From NCBI GenBank assembly GCA_963833985.1, contig CAWIAD010000002.1:2080001-2144000 (forward strand): a stretch of DNA of 64,000 nucleotides, in the 5' to 3' direction. The notes under the pieces were generated by a model. That model had not been told where the DNA came from. It did not search any database and was given only the letters and a program-made list of their open reading frames with translations. This DNA comes from an uncultured Planctomycetaceae bacterium (GTDB lineage: Bacteria; Planctomycetota; Planctomycetia; Isosphaerales; Isosphaeraceae). A program made the translations under genes and the position numbers. This document shows, in pieces, positions 20,104-29,629 of the stretch (position 1 is its first letter; each line of letters starts with the position of its first letter).

Positions 20104-23007
20104 CTACACCCGCCACTTGGCTTTCCAGTCCGATGGGACTGGGAGAAAACCGCCACGAGATCTGGAATACTCAAGTAATTTGGACAGGTCGTGGGAGGTT
20201 TTTGCTTCTGAGGCCGTACGGTCGATTCGGTCCTCGGCTCGTTTTACCGTCGAGCCGTCAATCAGCACGATCAATCTAGCTCTGGCTCGAGACAAGGCGA
20301 CGTTGAGACGCTGCCTATTGTCCGCAAAGCCAAAAGCACCTTTGTCATTACTTCGTGTAGACGAAAATATGATCAAATCCTTCTCCTGTCCTTGGAAACT
20401 ATCCACGGTGCCTATCTGCAAGCTGCCTCTAGGAATCAGTTGCTTTAAGACCGCATCATACTCGGCCCTGGCTACCAATTCCTCAACCTGCCGCTTGTAG
20501 GGTGCGATGACGCCGATCGAAAATGGGCCTGAATTGGCACCAGATATTTTATGTTGATGCCAGCAGGGTAATCTGGCAAATGATCGCAGTAGGTGGATTG
20601 TTAGTTCGCATTCGGAAGCATTGAAGAATCCATAGCCCCGCTCATTGGGCTGCTCTGAGGGATCTCTCAGCCACCCCGTGTCAAGTACCAAGAGCCTCGG
20701 TTCCATGGGGAGAAAGGACGGACAAGGGATCGATTGCTCGGACGCATGAGGAAAATCACCCAGCTCTCCCCCATAGAAGTGCGAGACAAAACCGGAGATA
20801 TCCGGATGCATGCGACCTTGCCGGTCCAAGAAGACATAGCGTCCAATTTGCTTAAACGGGCCTTCTAGCTCTTCGAACAAAGAACGCGTCACAATCTCGG
20901 GATCGAGGCCTTCCTCGCTCAAACGGCGTTTCAGTGAATCGTCGGCGTATGGCGGAAGCTGTTGGTGATCGCCGACCAGTACCCAACGCTCGCCTCGAAT
21001 CAGAGGGACTAACAGCCGACGAGCTTCTTCTTTTCCGGCCTCGTCGACGATGACGTAATCGTAGACTGCAGCTCTAACCTCTCGTGTTGCACAACCGATC
21101 GTCGTGGCACACACGAGGTTTGCATTAGCCAGCAGCAGTTCAGAGAAAAAACGCGGGTTCGTTTGTAGAAAGTTCAGCCAGTGCTCTAGAAATCGAAGGC
21201 GATCCTCCGGACTAGTGCCCCGCGTATGCCAATGTTTCCAGGCCGATGCCCTCCCATCTTGACCTGTGACGCTTTCCGCCCACTCTGGGTCTAAGTCATG
21301 TGGCCAAACCGAACGCCATCCCATCTCCGGCAGTTCTCCCTGGGATAACGCCGTTGTCCAGGCATTTTTGTCCTGCTCCGCACCTGCTCCGAGGATGTCC
21401 AACATTAGACGGTCGAGTTTCAATTGCTCACGAGCGGCGAGAGCGTCTCTAGCTACTTGGTCCTCCAATCTTCCCCTATACTCCGTGTTAAGGCAGTCCG
21501 GTGTGCATGCACGCAGATTGTGAGCGATCTTTCGAGTTGATCCGACACGATAAGGCCCGACCCCAAGCTCTGTAAGCAGGTTTACACCTCGTCGAGGTGC
21601 GACGAGCCTCTCGAGGACGTTATCTACTGCGACGTGGGTAGGTGCAACCAGCAAAACTCTGAAGCTGGGAACCTTCCCGTGTGCACGGAAGAGCTGTCTC
21701 AGGATTTCGAGGATCACCGTCGTCTTACCGGTGCCAGGGGGCCCCTGAATCAATACCATGTCCGGACTGAAAACTGCCGCTCGAACGGCTTCCTCCTGGC
21801 GAGGAGAGAGCTGGAAAAGCGGCGGTGTAGGCAACTCTGGCCATGGCTGAGAGATTGGCTCGAGTTTAGATGGTTCTGATAGGATGCCTTGGAGGGTTCG
21901 GACAGAAGTATCATCAGGATCCAACTCATGCTCTGCAATGGCTCGCTGCTGCGGGCCGATTTGCTGGTTTGGATCGAGCACGTCCAAGGCTTCACCGATT
22001 CGCCTCAGCTGGCTGTCTGGCAGGTACAGCTCTGGTTGCAACTTATCGCCATTCTGAAAGCCGTCACATAACCGATCAAGCAAAGCTCGACCCTTCGAAT
22101 CTCGACAACATACCTTGAGGACGAGCTCGTCGGCTTCGACCGTAATAGATTCGATACCGAGAAGGGCAAAATCCTCCCCGACCGTAAGCTTTAACTTATG
22201 GTGCTCCCAGGTCACACCCTCCGGCTTCTCTGCCTCGAGTTGCTCGATCCACTCTTGGACCTCATCTTGTTGCTCTGGGATGAGGACGTAATGCGGCTCA
22301 GTAATGACAGGATCATCCTCACCTAGCTTTTGAAGTCTCGTTACGCCCACCTCGCTCAGATCCTGTTCCAGTTCGCACACGCGTCTCCAAGTTGCTATCC
22401 GTTCTGAAAGCTCCGGGGAATCGCCGTCAAGCTGCCGTCTCACGATCTGGATCTGGTCCGATCTTTCGTGCACGCGGTTTTGCAGCACAACCAGATCTCT
22501 GAGAAGTGCTTCAGCGTTCCCATCCAAAGGAGCCTGGTTATGCCTCCATCTGTCCCACCGAGCGTCGACTCGCCCGAATCCAGAGGGGCAGCCCAGTGTG
22601 TTTCTGCGGACGCACTGCAGAGTCCAGTCGGATTGACCAAGCACGACGACGTCATTGCCGGGAGGGAGTTCTGGATCAAGTAATAACCGAACCTCGATCT
22701 GGCCACCTGCAATCGATCCGATGATAGAGCGACCTTTGTCGGTTGTCGGTTCAATATCAAAAACCTCTATCCCTTTGCTTAGCTCTTGGAGGAATGAATC
22801 TCGGGTCATTCCCAAGGCGAGAAGATCCCTTTCCTTTCGGTCTAGATTGAACACTCGGAACGGCCCGCCAAGAACGGGGGCGACAGCTGCTTGTTCGTCC
22901 TGCAGTAGTCGAAGTACGTCATATTGAGCTGCGGCAACTGAACCACGTAGCAAGTATTGAGACAGGGGAAGGTTGCGAAGACCGGTGGTCACATCAGATA
23001 AGTTCAT
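20104..23007 (-). CDS. SF1 Upf1/DNA2-like helicase (AAA_11/AAA_12)
   Basis: QGPPGTGKTT, APTHVAVDN, VDEAG, GDHQQLPP, RMHPDI, TVDSFQGQEKD, RLNVALSRAR. Confidence 0.92.
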   Translation of the reverse strand: MNLSDVTTGLRNLPLSQYLLRGSVAAAQYDVLRLLQDEQAAVAPVLGGPFRVFNLDRKERDLLALGMTRDSFLQELSKGIEVFDIEPTTDKGRSIIGSIAGGQIEVRLLLDPELPPGNDVVVLGQSDWTLQCVRRNTLGCPSGFGRVDARWDRWRHNQAPLDGNAEALLRDLVVLQNRVHERSDQIQIVRRQLDGDSPELSERIATWRRVCELEQDLSEVGVTRLQKLGEDDPVITEPHYVLIPEQQDEVQEWIEQLEAEKPEGVTWEHHKLKLTVGEDFALLGIESITVEADELVLKVCCRDSKGRALLDRLCDGFQNGDKLQPELYLPDSQLRRIGEALDVLDPNQQIGPQQRAIAEHELDPDDTSVRTLQGILSEPSKLEPISQPWPELPTPPLFQLSPRQEEAVRAAVFSPDMVLIQGPPGTGKTTVILEILRQLFRAHGKVPSFRVLLVAPTHVAVDNVLERLVAPRRGVNLLTELGVGPYRVGSTRKIAHNLRACTPDCLNTEYRGRLEDQVARDALAAREQLKLDRLMLDILGAGAEQDKNAWTTALSQGELPEMGWRSVWPHDLDPEWAESVTGQDGRASAWKHWHTRGTSPEDRLRFLEHWLNFLQTNPRFFSELLLANANLVCATTIGCATREVRAAVYDYVIVDEAGKEEARRLLVPLIRGERWVLVGDHQQLPPYADDSLKRRLSEEGLDPEIVTRSLFEELEGPFKQIGRYVFLDRQGRMHPDISGFVSHFYGGELGDFPHASEQSIPCPSFLPMEPRLLVLDTGWLRDPSEQPNERGYGFFNASECELTIHLLRSFARLPCWHQHKISGANSGPFSIGVIAPYKRQVEELVARAEYDAVLKQLIPRGSLQIGTVDSFQGQEKDLIIFSSTRSNDKGAFGFADNRQRLNVALSRARARLIVLIDGSTVKRAEDRIDRTASEAKTSHDLSKLLEYSRSRGGFLPVPSDWKAKWRV

Positions 23008-25148
23008 GCTTCGCCCCGCTTTGACAAGCCTACGGCGACTCTAAAGCCGACTGGCACGGTGAAGGCTCCTGTCAAAGGTTCCATTGCCGATCGGTTGACA
23101 AGACCGAAGTCAGCTAGAGGTTTCTCAGGGGACCGGCCACGCACGACACGAAGTGCCTCATCTTCCCTGCTGGAGGTCGCTTCGACAAAAGGATCGAAGA
23201 TGGATGGAAAGCGGCGGTAGGCCTCCTCGTGAAACACATCCATTGTCCACTCGAGCAAGTGGCAGGCACGTATCCCGAACGGCGAAAGAGCACCCTCTAC
23301 CCAAACCTCGCCACTCGGATAACGACGCTCATCCTCTACTCCCCTGACCGCTTTCTCCCACTGTACTTCTGTGGGCAAGTGTCCACCTTCAATCGCCCCC
23401 CGAGCATATGCTTGAGCCGCGAACCAGGTGATATGGCTCGCATATTCATGATCAGTAACTAAATCACCGGGTCGCACCTGTACAGGGAAGAATCCCCGTT
23501 CAACACGTAGTATTCCACCATGCTGCTTTAGCCACCTGTCGAAAGCCTGTTGGGGGACGGGGTCCACATCGATCAAGTAGCTGCTGACGTGGACTCTACG
23601 CATCGGCGAGGTCACGTTGCTGTGATCGTCACCCCGAATGAAGGAACCAGAGGCAACCAAGACCATGAGCCCACCGTCGGATGGTCTCCGGAATCTCAAC
23701 GGCTGGCCTGGCAGGGCCGGGACAGGTTCTAGTCCAAGTTTCTTAACACGGGAGCCAAGGTCATTCGCCAACCTTGATCGTATAGGTTCCCGAGTAAGGA
23801 CACGATCACGGGACTGGAGGATTCGGTCGGTTTGCTTGAGAGTGAATCCTGCCTGGACGTCGAGATGTCGAGTCTGCTCATCCAGCAACCTCAGATCCTC
23901 CTCTTGCCCGAGAAACTCTGCAGCCTGACAGGCAGCGATCAAAAGGACTGGGCGGTTCGGTGATCTGGCGAACAAATCTCGGAGGTAACCACGAAGCCTC
24001 TCCCCCCTCTCTCTGTCTTGATATGTTCCGCGTATGCCCGGTGCTGGCCGAGATGGGAGAGATTGCCCACTGGCGATCATAGCAGCGGTCGATTCAACTG
24101 CCTCTGCTAGCCGATGATCAGAATGAGAGTCAGGCTGCGATCGATCCAGCTCGAGCAACTTCCCGAGGTGGTCGAGGAGCCAGCCGGCAATCCAATCGCT
24201 CGCAGCGGGTTCAGACTTCCAACAAGTTTCAGGATTGGCGGGCACGACCTCTCCGACGCCGATACGCTGGGTGTATATCCTCTCTAAAGCAGCAATCGCA
24301 CCACGGCAGCAATCGGGTGACGACGTAGTCGGTGTCCATTCCGGACCGGACAGCTCGACCTGGAGATAGGGTAAGGCGACTGCACCGATTCGCTCTGCCT
24401 TCATGAGCAGCACGACCTCATGCGGCTCGGGCACCGTTCCATCGCTAAACTCAGAGTGAGCTGCATATGGTGTACCGAGTCTTGGCTCATCCGTGAACAG
24501 GCTGGCAACATAGTTTTGTCGCTGCTTTCCCCGCTGGAACCAAGCGAGGACGAGAGCAATGACGACTGCCGAGTAGAAGGAAGAGAGAAGGAACATCGAC
24601 CACGTCGGCCATGCATCATCCCTGGGGATTCCCAAAACTAACACGAGCTTGCTAAGGACCACTGTCACGGGTGGCAGAGGAGCAACGGCCTGAATTAGAT
24701 TCGTCCGTAAGGCCGGCCCATATGCGGCAAGTCCCAGTGCGGCTAGGAGAACACCAACGAAGATGGAAAATAAGACGACCGCCGTGCAGGGAAATCGCAG
24801 GAGCCACGCGAAATACCTGGAAATCCTGGGGCGTGCACTCGCCCGAAGATCCTCATAAGCGACCTCGGCTTTGAGGTACTTGAGAACTTTGAGGAAGCTG
24901 CAAGTCATGAGCACCGGTGGAACTACGGCGGCGAAGGCCAAGAGAATCAATCCCGGTGTAACGGGCGATCTTCTCTCCGCCGGAAGAACCTGCGAGATGA
25001 GGAAAGCTGCCAAGAAGAGTGCACCCGCAACTCCTAGGTCAGTCCACAAATCAGTGTTCAGCCATTGGTATTTCACCCTTCTCCAATATCTGCCGACAAT
25101 CCGGATGATACGTTCTACAACTGTTTCAGCGTAATTAGGGCGAACCAT
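23004..25148 (-). CDS. Membrane protein with C-terminal FGE-sulfatase (SUMF1)-like domain
   Basis: Several N-terminal hydrophobic helices; GSFIRG, LPTEVQWEKA, SPFG, EW, RVVRG, GFRV motifs. Confidence 0.75.
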   Translation of the reverse strand: MVRPNYAETVVERIIRIVGRYWRRVKYQWLNTDLWTDLGVAGALFLAAFLISQVLPAERRSPVTPGLILLAFAAVVPPVLMTCSFLKVLKYLKAEVAYEDLRASARPRISRYFAWLLRFPCTAVVLFSIFVGVLLAALGLAAYGPALRTNLIQAVAPLPPVTVVLSKLVLVLGIPRDDAWPTWSMFLLSSFYSAVVIALVLAWFQRGKQRQNYVASLFTDEPRLGTPYAAHSEFSDGTVPEPHEVVLLMKAERIGAVALPYLQVELSGPEWTPTTSSPDCCRGAIAALERIYTQRIGVGEVVPANPETCWKSEPAASDWIAGWLLDHLGKLLELDRSQPDSHSDHRLAEAVESTAAMIASGQSLPSRPAPGIRGTYQDRERGERLRGYLRDLFARSPNRPVLLIAACQAAEFLGQEEDLRLLDEQTRHLDVQAGFTLKQTDRILQSRDRVLTREPIRSRLANDLGSRVKKLGLEPVPALPGQPLRFRRPSDGGLMVLVASGSFIRGDDHSNVTSPMRRVHVSSYLIDVDPVPQQAFDRWLKQHGGILRVERGFFPVQVRPGDLVTDHEYASHITWFAAQAYARGAIEGGHLPTEVQWEKAVRGVEDERRYPSGEVWVEGALSPFGIRACHLLEWTMDVFHEEAYRRFPSIFDPFVEATSSREDEALRVVRGRSPEKPLADFGLVNRSAMEPLTGAFTVPVGFRVAVGLSKRGEA

Positions 25149-25279
25149 GGATCACTTCCCAAGTCGTATCCCATAAACTTTTAAACCATTCTTCTGAATG
25201 CGATTGCCTGACTTTTTTTGAGGCCCCTGCGTGCCGAACCCGACTCTTCCTCCGTCCAAGGACTCCTGTGCAGCAAGGC

Positions 25280-28200
25280 TCATCTCTCCTTCGTTTTTCG
25301 TCTTCGTCTCGGCCCATCTGTCAGACGAAAGGAGTCAACCTCGGTACGTTCACTTGCCCCTTGTTGGGTATCCAACTCGATGACCGGCTGGGGGAGATTC
25401 TCGTTCAGCGGGATGTCCCAATAGGGGTCATGTTTCTTGGTGAAGGCCTCAAGACCGATGACCTTCAGCTCGTCGAACATGGCCATGCAGAGGTCGGGGG
25501 TCTTGGGGTAGCTCGTGTGTTTGAAGGTCGAGAGTAGGTGGATGTACTGATCGCGTGAGACGCCGTAAGCGGTGGCGACGACGGCGTCGATTGCGGCACG
25601 GACCTGCCATCGCTCATCAACGGAGTCTAGTACGGGCCAGGTCCATGGCCGCCTGTTCGGCTCACGCCAAAAATCGGTGAGTTGCTCACGCCAGAGTTGG
25701 GAATACCCGGCGTGATTGCAGCTTAGACGGAGGGCCGAGTGAGCTATCAAGACCGATAAGTTTCCTGAAGGGACAGGAGTGGCCAGCAACATGAAGAGGT
25801 TCAGATGAGATCTGACGCGTAACTGAAGTAGCCAGTCGAAACAGTAACTATTCAGAATAGCGAGAGCCCAAAGAGCAACGCTGTTAGGCCTATTGAAAGG
25901 TTCTGCCTCGAGCGGAGCAGTGTGCCCTGTCGTTACTCCTGGTGGATGCAAGTTGAATATCGCGACGTTTTCGTCGCCGGGCCCAGCGATATCCCGGAAA
26001 CCGACTCGAAAGTGCCGTGCCCTCCGCAGGATAATCGGCCTATCCTCCAGCTTCCATGTTGCGACCAGATACCTTGGAGCAGCACCCCAGTGATCGTCGT
26101 ATTGCCTAAATGTTTTTCCTTCATGTAGCACAAGGTAGCCGCGTTCGATGACTTGCGTAGCGATCGCAGGATCTCGGGTGTCCTCAGCATTTGGCAGAAT
26201 ATCGATGGTTGGCGTGAATCGCCATGCGTCATCCGTCATGTTAAGTTCTCGACCGAGCCGAATACCCAACCGTTCGCAAACTTGCCCAAATGGTTCTCCA
26301 TGAGCGAAGCAGGTCTCGGCGACTCTCAGATCCTTAGTCGAGCGGAGCTCCAACAGGCTCAGGTAATCGCCACCAGTGCGACGGATGAACCCAATGTCGT
26401 ATTGAAGCGGTTCACGCTCTCTGCGATCACTGAAAAGCCATTCGTCATCGTGTAGATAGAAGGCACAGGAAACGGAGTCCGTTGGGAGTCCTGCCTGAGC
26501 GACGACCGTCGCAAACTTGAAACTCGAATGGATCTCGAAGAGCTTACGGCGGTTCTCAAAGGAGTAGCAGTGCTTTAGGGCCATTCTGCCCAAGTAGAGT
26601 TGTCGAATGCCGGTTGCTCCCTCGTTTGCATGAAAGGCCGACGGCACAACGACACCTGTCCATCCATCAGTCTTCAAGAGCTGTGCGTTTCTCTCGAGAA
26701 AGACGCGGAAAGCATCCTGCTTGCCGATCGTTTTCTCTCCATTGATCTCGACTACCTGAAAGGCGAAGAGCTTGTCGAGAATGTTCTCGATGGAACGAAA
26801 GTCCGACAAATATCGCTCGTATTGAGCCTTGATGCTGAGACTCGACAGCAGTCGTTTCTGAATACCTGCCCGTTCACGCTTGGTTGGAGCATCGAGAATT
26901 GCGAACTCGAATCCAGCGAAGAACTCTTTATCCGCGGGTAACATCCTGTCCCAGGGCGGGTTTCCCAGAACGGCGTGGAAACCCTGACGTCCGTGAGGAA
27001 CGCCGAGCGGATAGAAGACCTCGGGGAAAGTGAGGTCGTAGGACAGAGCTGGAACGCATTGCGGTGAGGTTGCGGCCTTTCGGAAGACTCCACGATCGTC
27101 GGGAACGTCATCGAGCCCCAAACCTCGAGCAATCTGCCGACGGAGGGGGTCCGATTCCAAGGCTTCAGGAAGTCTGCCAGTGTCGCCGATAGTCCTGAGC
27201 AAGTCAGCGTACGAACGGTCATCGCAGTTATCTGTTCCCAGCATAACTCCGCCCGCCCAAGCTGCAGCTGCGATTCGGAACGGAAGTAGGGCCTGATCAA
27301 GTTGGGCCTTGACCGCCTCCTTTTCCTGTACCTCCGCGAGGTCCGACCCGACTGAAGTTTCCAGCCGGCGGACCAGACTGAGGGCCTGATTCAGGACCTT
27401 CTGGAGCTTGGCGTAAATCCCCTGGCTGAAGAGGTCCTCCAGCGGAGTATCCGGTTTGCCGGGTCGAAACAGCAGCTTGTCCCAGAACGGACCAGTCAGC
27501 GAGTCTCCAATGACTAGACGGTGATCGAGGAAGGTCAGCGGCATTCCCTCGGCATGCGACTCCAGCCACAGAGCGAGCTTGGCCAGCTCGACGGCGAGCG
27601 GGTTCTTGTCGACCCCATAAAGGCAGTGCACCGCGACCAAGCGGCGACAAATGGCCTGTGCTCGGGCGGTCGAGACTCCGGGCGATAATGACTTGCTGGG
27701 CAGGTAGCCTGTCACCAGTTCAAGAGCTTCATCCCTGCTCTCTCGAGGTGCGAACTCGGTTTTCGCCAACTCATCATCAGGATCGGGAACGTCAATGATT
27801 CGTTGTCGCCAGCTTTGACCGGCCTCAAAGGCTGCTGCCCGCTTCTCGTCGGTCTTGGCTGACTCGGCCTCTCGTTCCGCTTCCAGGGCTTTCTCATCGC
27901 AGGAACGACACGCTTCGTAGAGCTTCTCCCCGAGGAAACGACAGGCTTCCACGAGGAAATGCCCACTTCCCATGGCCGGGTCGAGAACCCTGAGCTTTAG
28001 GAGCTCGAGCGGATTGGGGTCGTTCTGTGGACTTCGTTCTTCAACCTGCGGCCCGAGCGTCTCCTGCACGAGGAACCGTACGAAGGAATGGGGCGTGTAA
28101 TAGGAGCCACTCGACTTCCGTCCCAGGCCGACTCGCAAGTAAAACCGGCGAGGTGGGATCTCCTCGATCCAGAGGACCTTCGTCTTCTTGGCCCGCCCGT

Positions 28201-29629
28201 TCGATTCCTCCTCTTCGTCGGGCTCGGTTTCGTCATCCTCCGTCTCCAGTCCTTCCGCAAGGTCCTGATCGACGGGACGAGCCGGGCGGTACTTTTCTCC
28301 CTGTGCGAAGGGTACAACCACTTCCAGCTTCTGCCGACGGAGCCGGCACATCGAATCTGTCGAGATCCCGGGGTCGAGCTCGAGCAGGGCCTCGTAGACA
28401 CGCCCGAGGTCCTCGACGTCAAGGGAGCCGTAATGCACTCGCTCTCGGGTCTCGCTCCCGCGTTTCTTCGGGGTCCAGAGCAATCGGTCGAGCAACCATG
28501 CGACGGCCCGCTCTCCCCAGGCACGCTCGGTCAGGATGGGAGTCGCTTCGGGACCGAACAGTTTACCCCCCAGCGGCTTCACCACGAGCTCCGTGCACTG
28601 AAGACCACGCTCGAACATCCGGAACAGGTTGCGGAGCCCCGATTCCAGGAGCCGACCGGTTTCCAGGCCCCGTTCGAGGACATCCCGTGCGTACGCCGAG
28701 AGGGCCATGCTGGGTGAAAACGAGTTCCGCCAAAGGCTCATCGACGCGAAGCTGAACGAACGAGCGGGGTCGTCGCTCGACTCCAGCTTGAGGATAAACA
28801 GAAGCCTGTAGACGGTGATGAGCCCCTCGTGCCAGAGGTTCTTGGCCAGAGCCGACCGGTCGGGGTGAGTGTTGAACCAGTCGCGGTTCTCGGGATGATC
28901 AATGACCTCCTGAATGAATCGCTCAACCGCTTCTCGTGCCTGAACTCGAAGTTCTTTCGTCACCCGAGCCTGCTGAAGTCGGGCTTTGTCCACGATCTCG
29001 GGTAAGGCATTCACTCCCTGGGGGCAGCCAAGTGCCAGAAGAAGGAGGAAGGAATCCGGGATCTCCCGGTGTCGCTTCCAGCCCGGGTCCAAGGAGACGA
29101 TGATCTGAGAGTCGAGCCGGGCAGGATCGGAGATCAGGAGGCGAAGCTCCACCCCGTTCGTGAGAATGCCCATCCTCTCACCGGTTGTGAGGAGCACACG
29201 CTGTGCGATCCGCAGATGACTGAAGCGATAGGCACGTCCCCTCTTGGCAGGGGAGTCCAGATCCTCATTGAACGACGTGGTCCAGACTCGTAGCTTTTCG
29301 CTTCCAGCGGACGAGACCAGGAGATTGCCACCCGACTCAAGGTCTTCGCGAGTCTGTACGTCATCCGTGGCAACCAAGCTCTGGTAACCGAGCAAATCAA
29401 TCAGGGGTTCGATCACTTTGTTTCGAACACGAAGCGGTCCGCCACTCGCGGCGAGTTCTTGAAGATGCCTCCGGTAAACGTCCCATCGGCTGCGGATCTT
29501 CTTCCCCTCGTCCCCAATCTTCTTCGGAATCAGCTTCCGATTGGTGAGTTCCTTCTCCAGCTCGAAGCGGACAAAAGGCTCGGGCAGAGCGGGACCGAGA
29601 AATTGGCAGTCCGACAGGTCAAGAGGCAT
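25280..29629 (-). CDS. Large N6-adenine DNA methyltransferase (Eco57I/DrmMI-like)
   Basis: GSYYTP, LDPAMGSGHF (motif I), YGVDKNP, GNPPW (motif IV), C-terminal TRD region. Confidence 0.92.
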   Translation of the reverse strand: MPLDLSDCQFLGPALPEPFVRFELEKELTNRKLIPKKIGDEGKKIRSRWDVYRRHLQELAASGGPLRVRNKVIEPLIDLLGYQSLVATDDVQTREDLESGGNLLVSSAGSEKLRVWTTSFNEDLDSPAKRGRAYRFSHLRIAQRVLLTTGERMGILTNGVELRLLISDPARLDSQIIVSLDPGWKRHREIPDSFLLLLALGCPQGVNALPEIVDKARLQQARVTKELRVQAREAVERFIQEVIDHPENRDWFNTHPDRSALAKNLWHEGLITVYRLLFILKLESSDDPARSFSFASMSLWRNSFSPSMALSAYARDVLERGLETGRLLESGLRNLFRMFERGLQCTELVVKPLGGKLFGPEATPILTERAWGERAVAWLLDRLLWTPKKRGSETRERVHYGSLDVEDLGRVYEALLELDPGISTDSMCRLRRQKLEVVVPFAQGEKYRPARPVDQDLAEGLETEDDETEPDEEEESNGRAKKTKVLWIEEIPPRRFYLRVGLGRKSSGSYYTPHSFVRFLVQETLGPQVEERSPQNDPNPLELLKLRVLDPAMGSGHFLVEACRFLGEKLYEACRSCDEKALEAEREAESAKTDEKRAAAFEAGQSWRQRIIDVPDPDDELAKTEFAPRESRDEALELVTGYLPSKSLSPGVSTARAQAICRRLVAVHCLYGVDKNPLAVELAKLALWLESHAEGMPLTFLDHRLVIGDSLTGPFWDKLLFRPGKPDTPLEDLFSQGIYAKLQKVLNQALSLVRRLETSVGSDLAEVQEKEAVKAQLDQALLPFRIAAAAWAGGVMLGTDNCDDRSYADLLRTIGDTGRLPEALESDPLRRQIARGLGLDDVPDDRGVFRKAATSPQCVPALSYDLTFPEVFYPLGVPHGRQGFHAVLGNPPWDRMLPADKEFFAGFEFAILDAPTKRERAGIQKRLLSSLSIKAQYERYLSDFRSIENILDKLFAFQVVEINGEKTIGKQDAFRVFLERNAQLLKTDGWTGVVVPSAFHANEGATGIRQLYLGRMALKHCYSFENRRKLFEIHSSFKFATVVAQAGLPTDSVSCAFYLHDDEWLFSDRREREPLQYDIGFIRRTGGDYLSLLELRSTKDLRVAETCFAHGEPFGQVCERLGIRLGRELNMTDDAWRFTPTIDILPNAEDTRDPAIATQVIERGYLVLHEGKTFRQYDDHWGAAPRYLVATWKLEDRPIILRRARHFRVGFRDIAGPGDENVAIFNLHPPGVTTGHTAPLEAEPFNRPNSVALWALAILNSYCFDWLLQLRVRSHLNLFMLLATPVPSGNLSVLIAHSALRLSCNHAGYSQLWREQLTDFWREPNRRPWTWPVLDSVDERWQVRAAIDAVVATAYGVSRDQYIHLLSTFKHTSYPKTPDLCMAMFDELKVIGLEAFTKKHDPYWDIPLNENLPQPVIELDTQQGASERTEVDSFRLTDGPRRRRKTKER

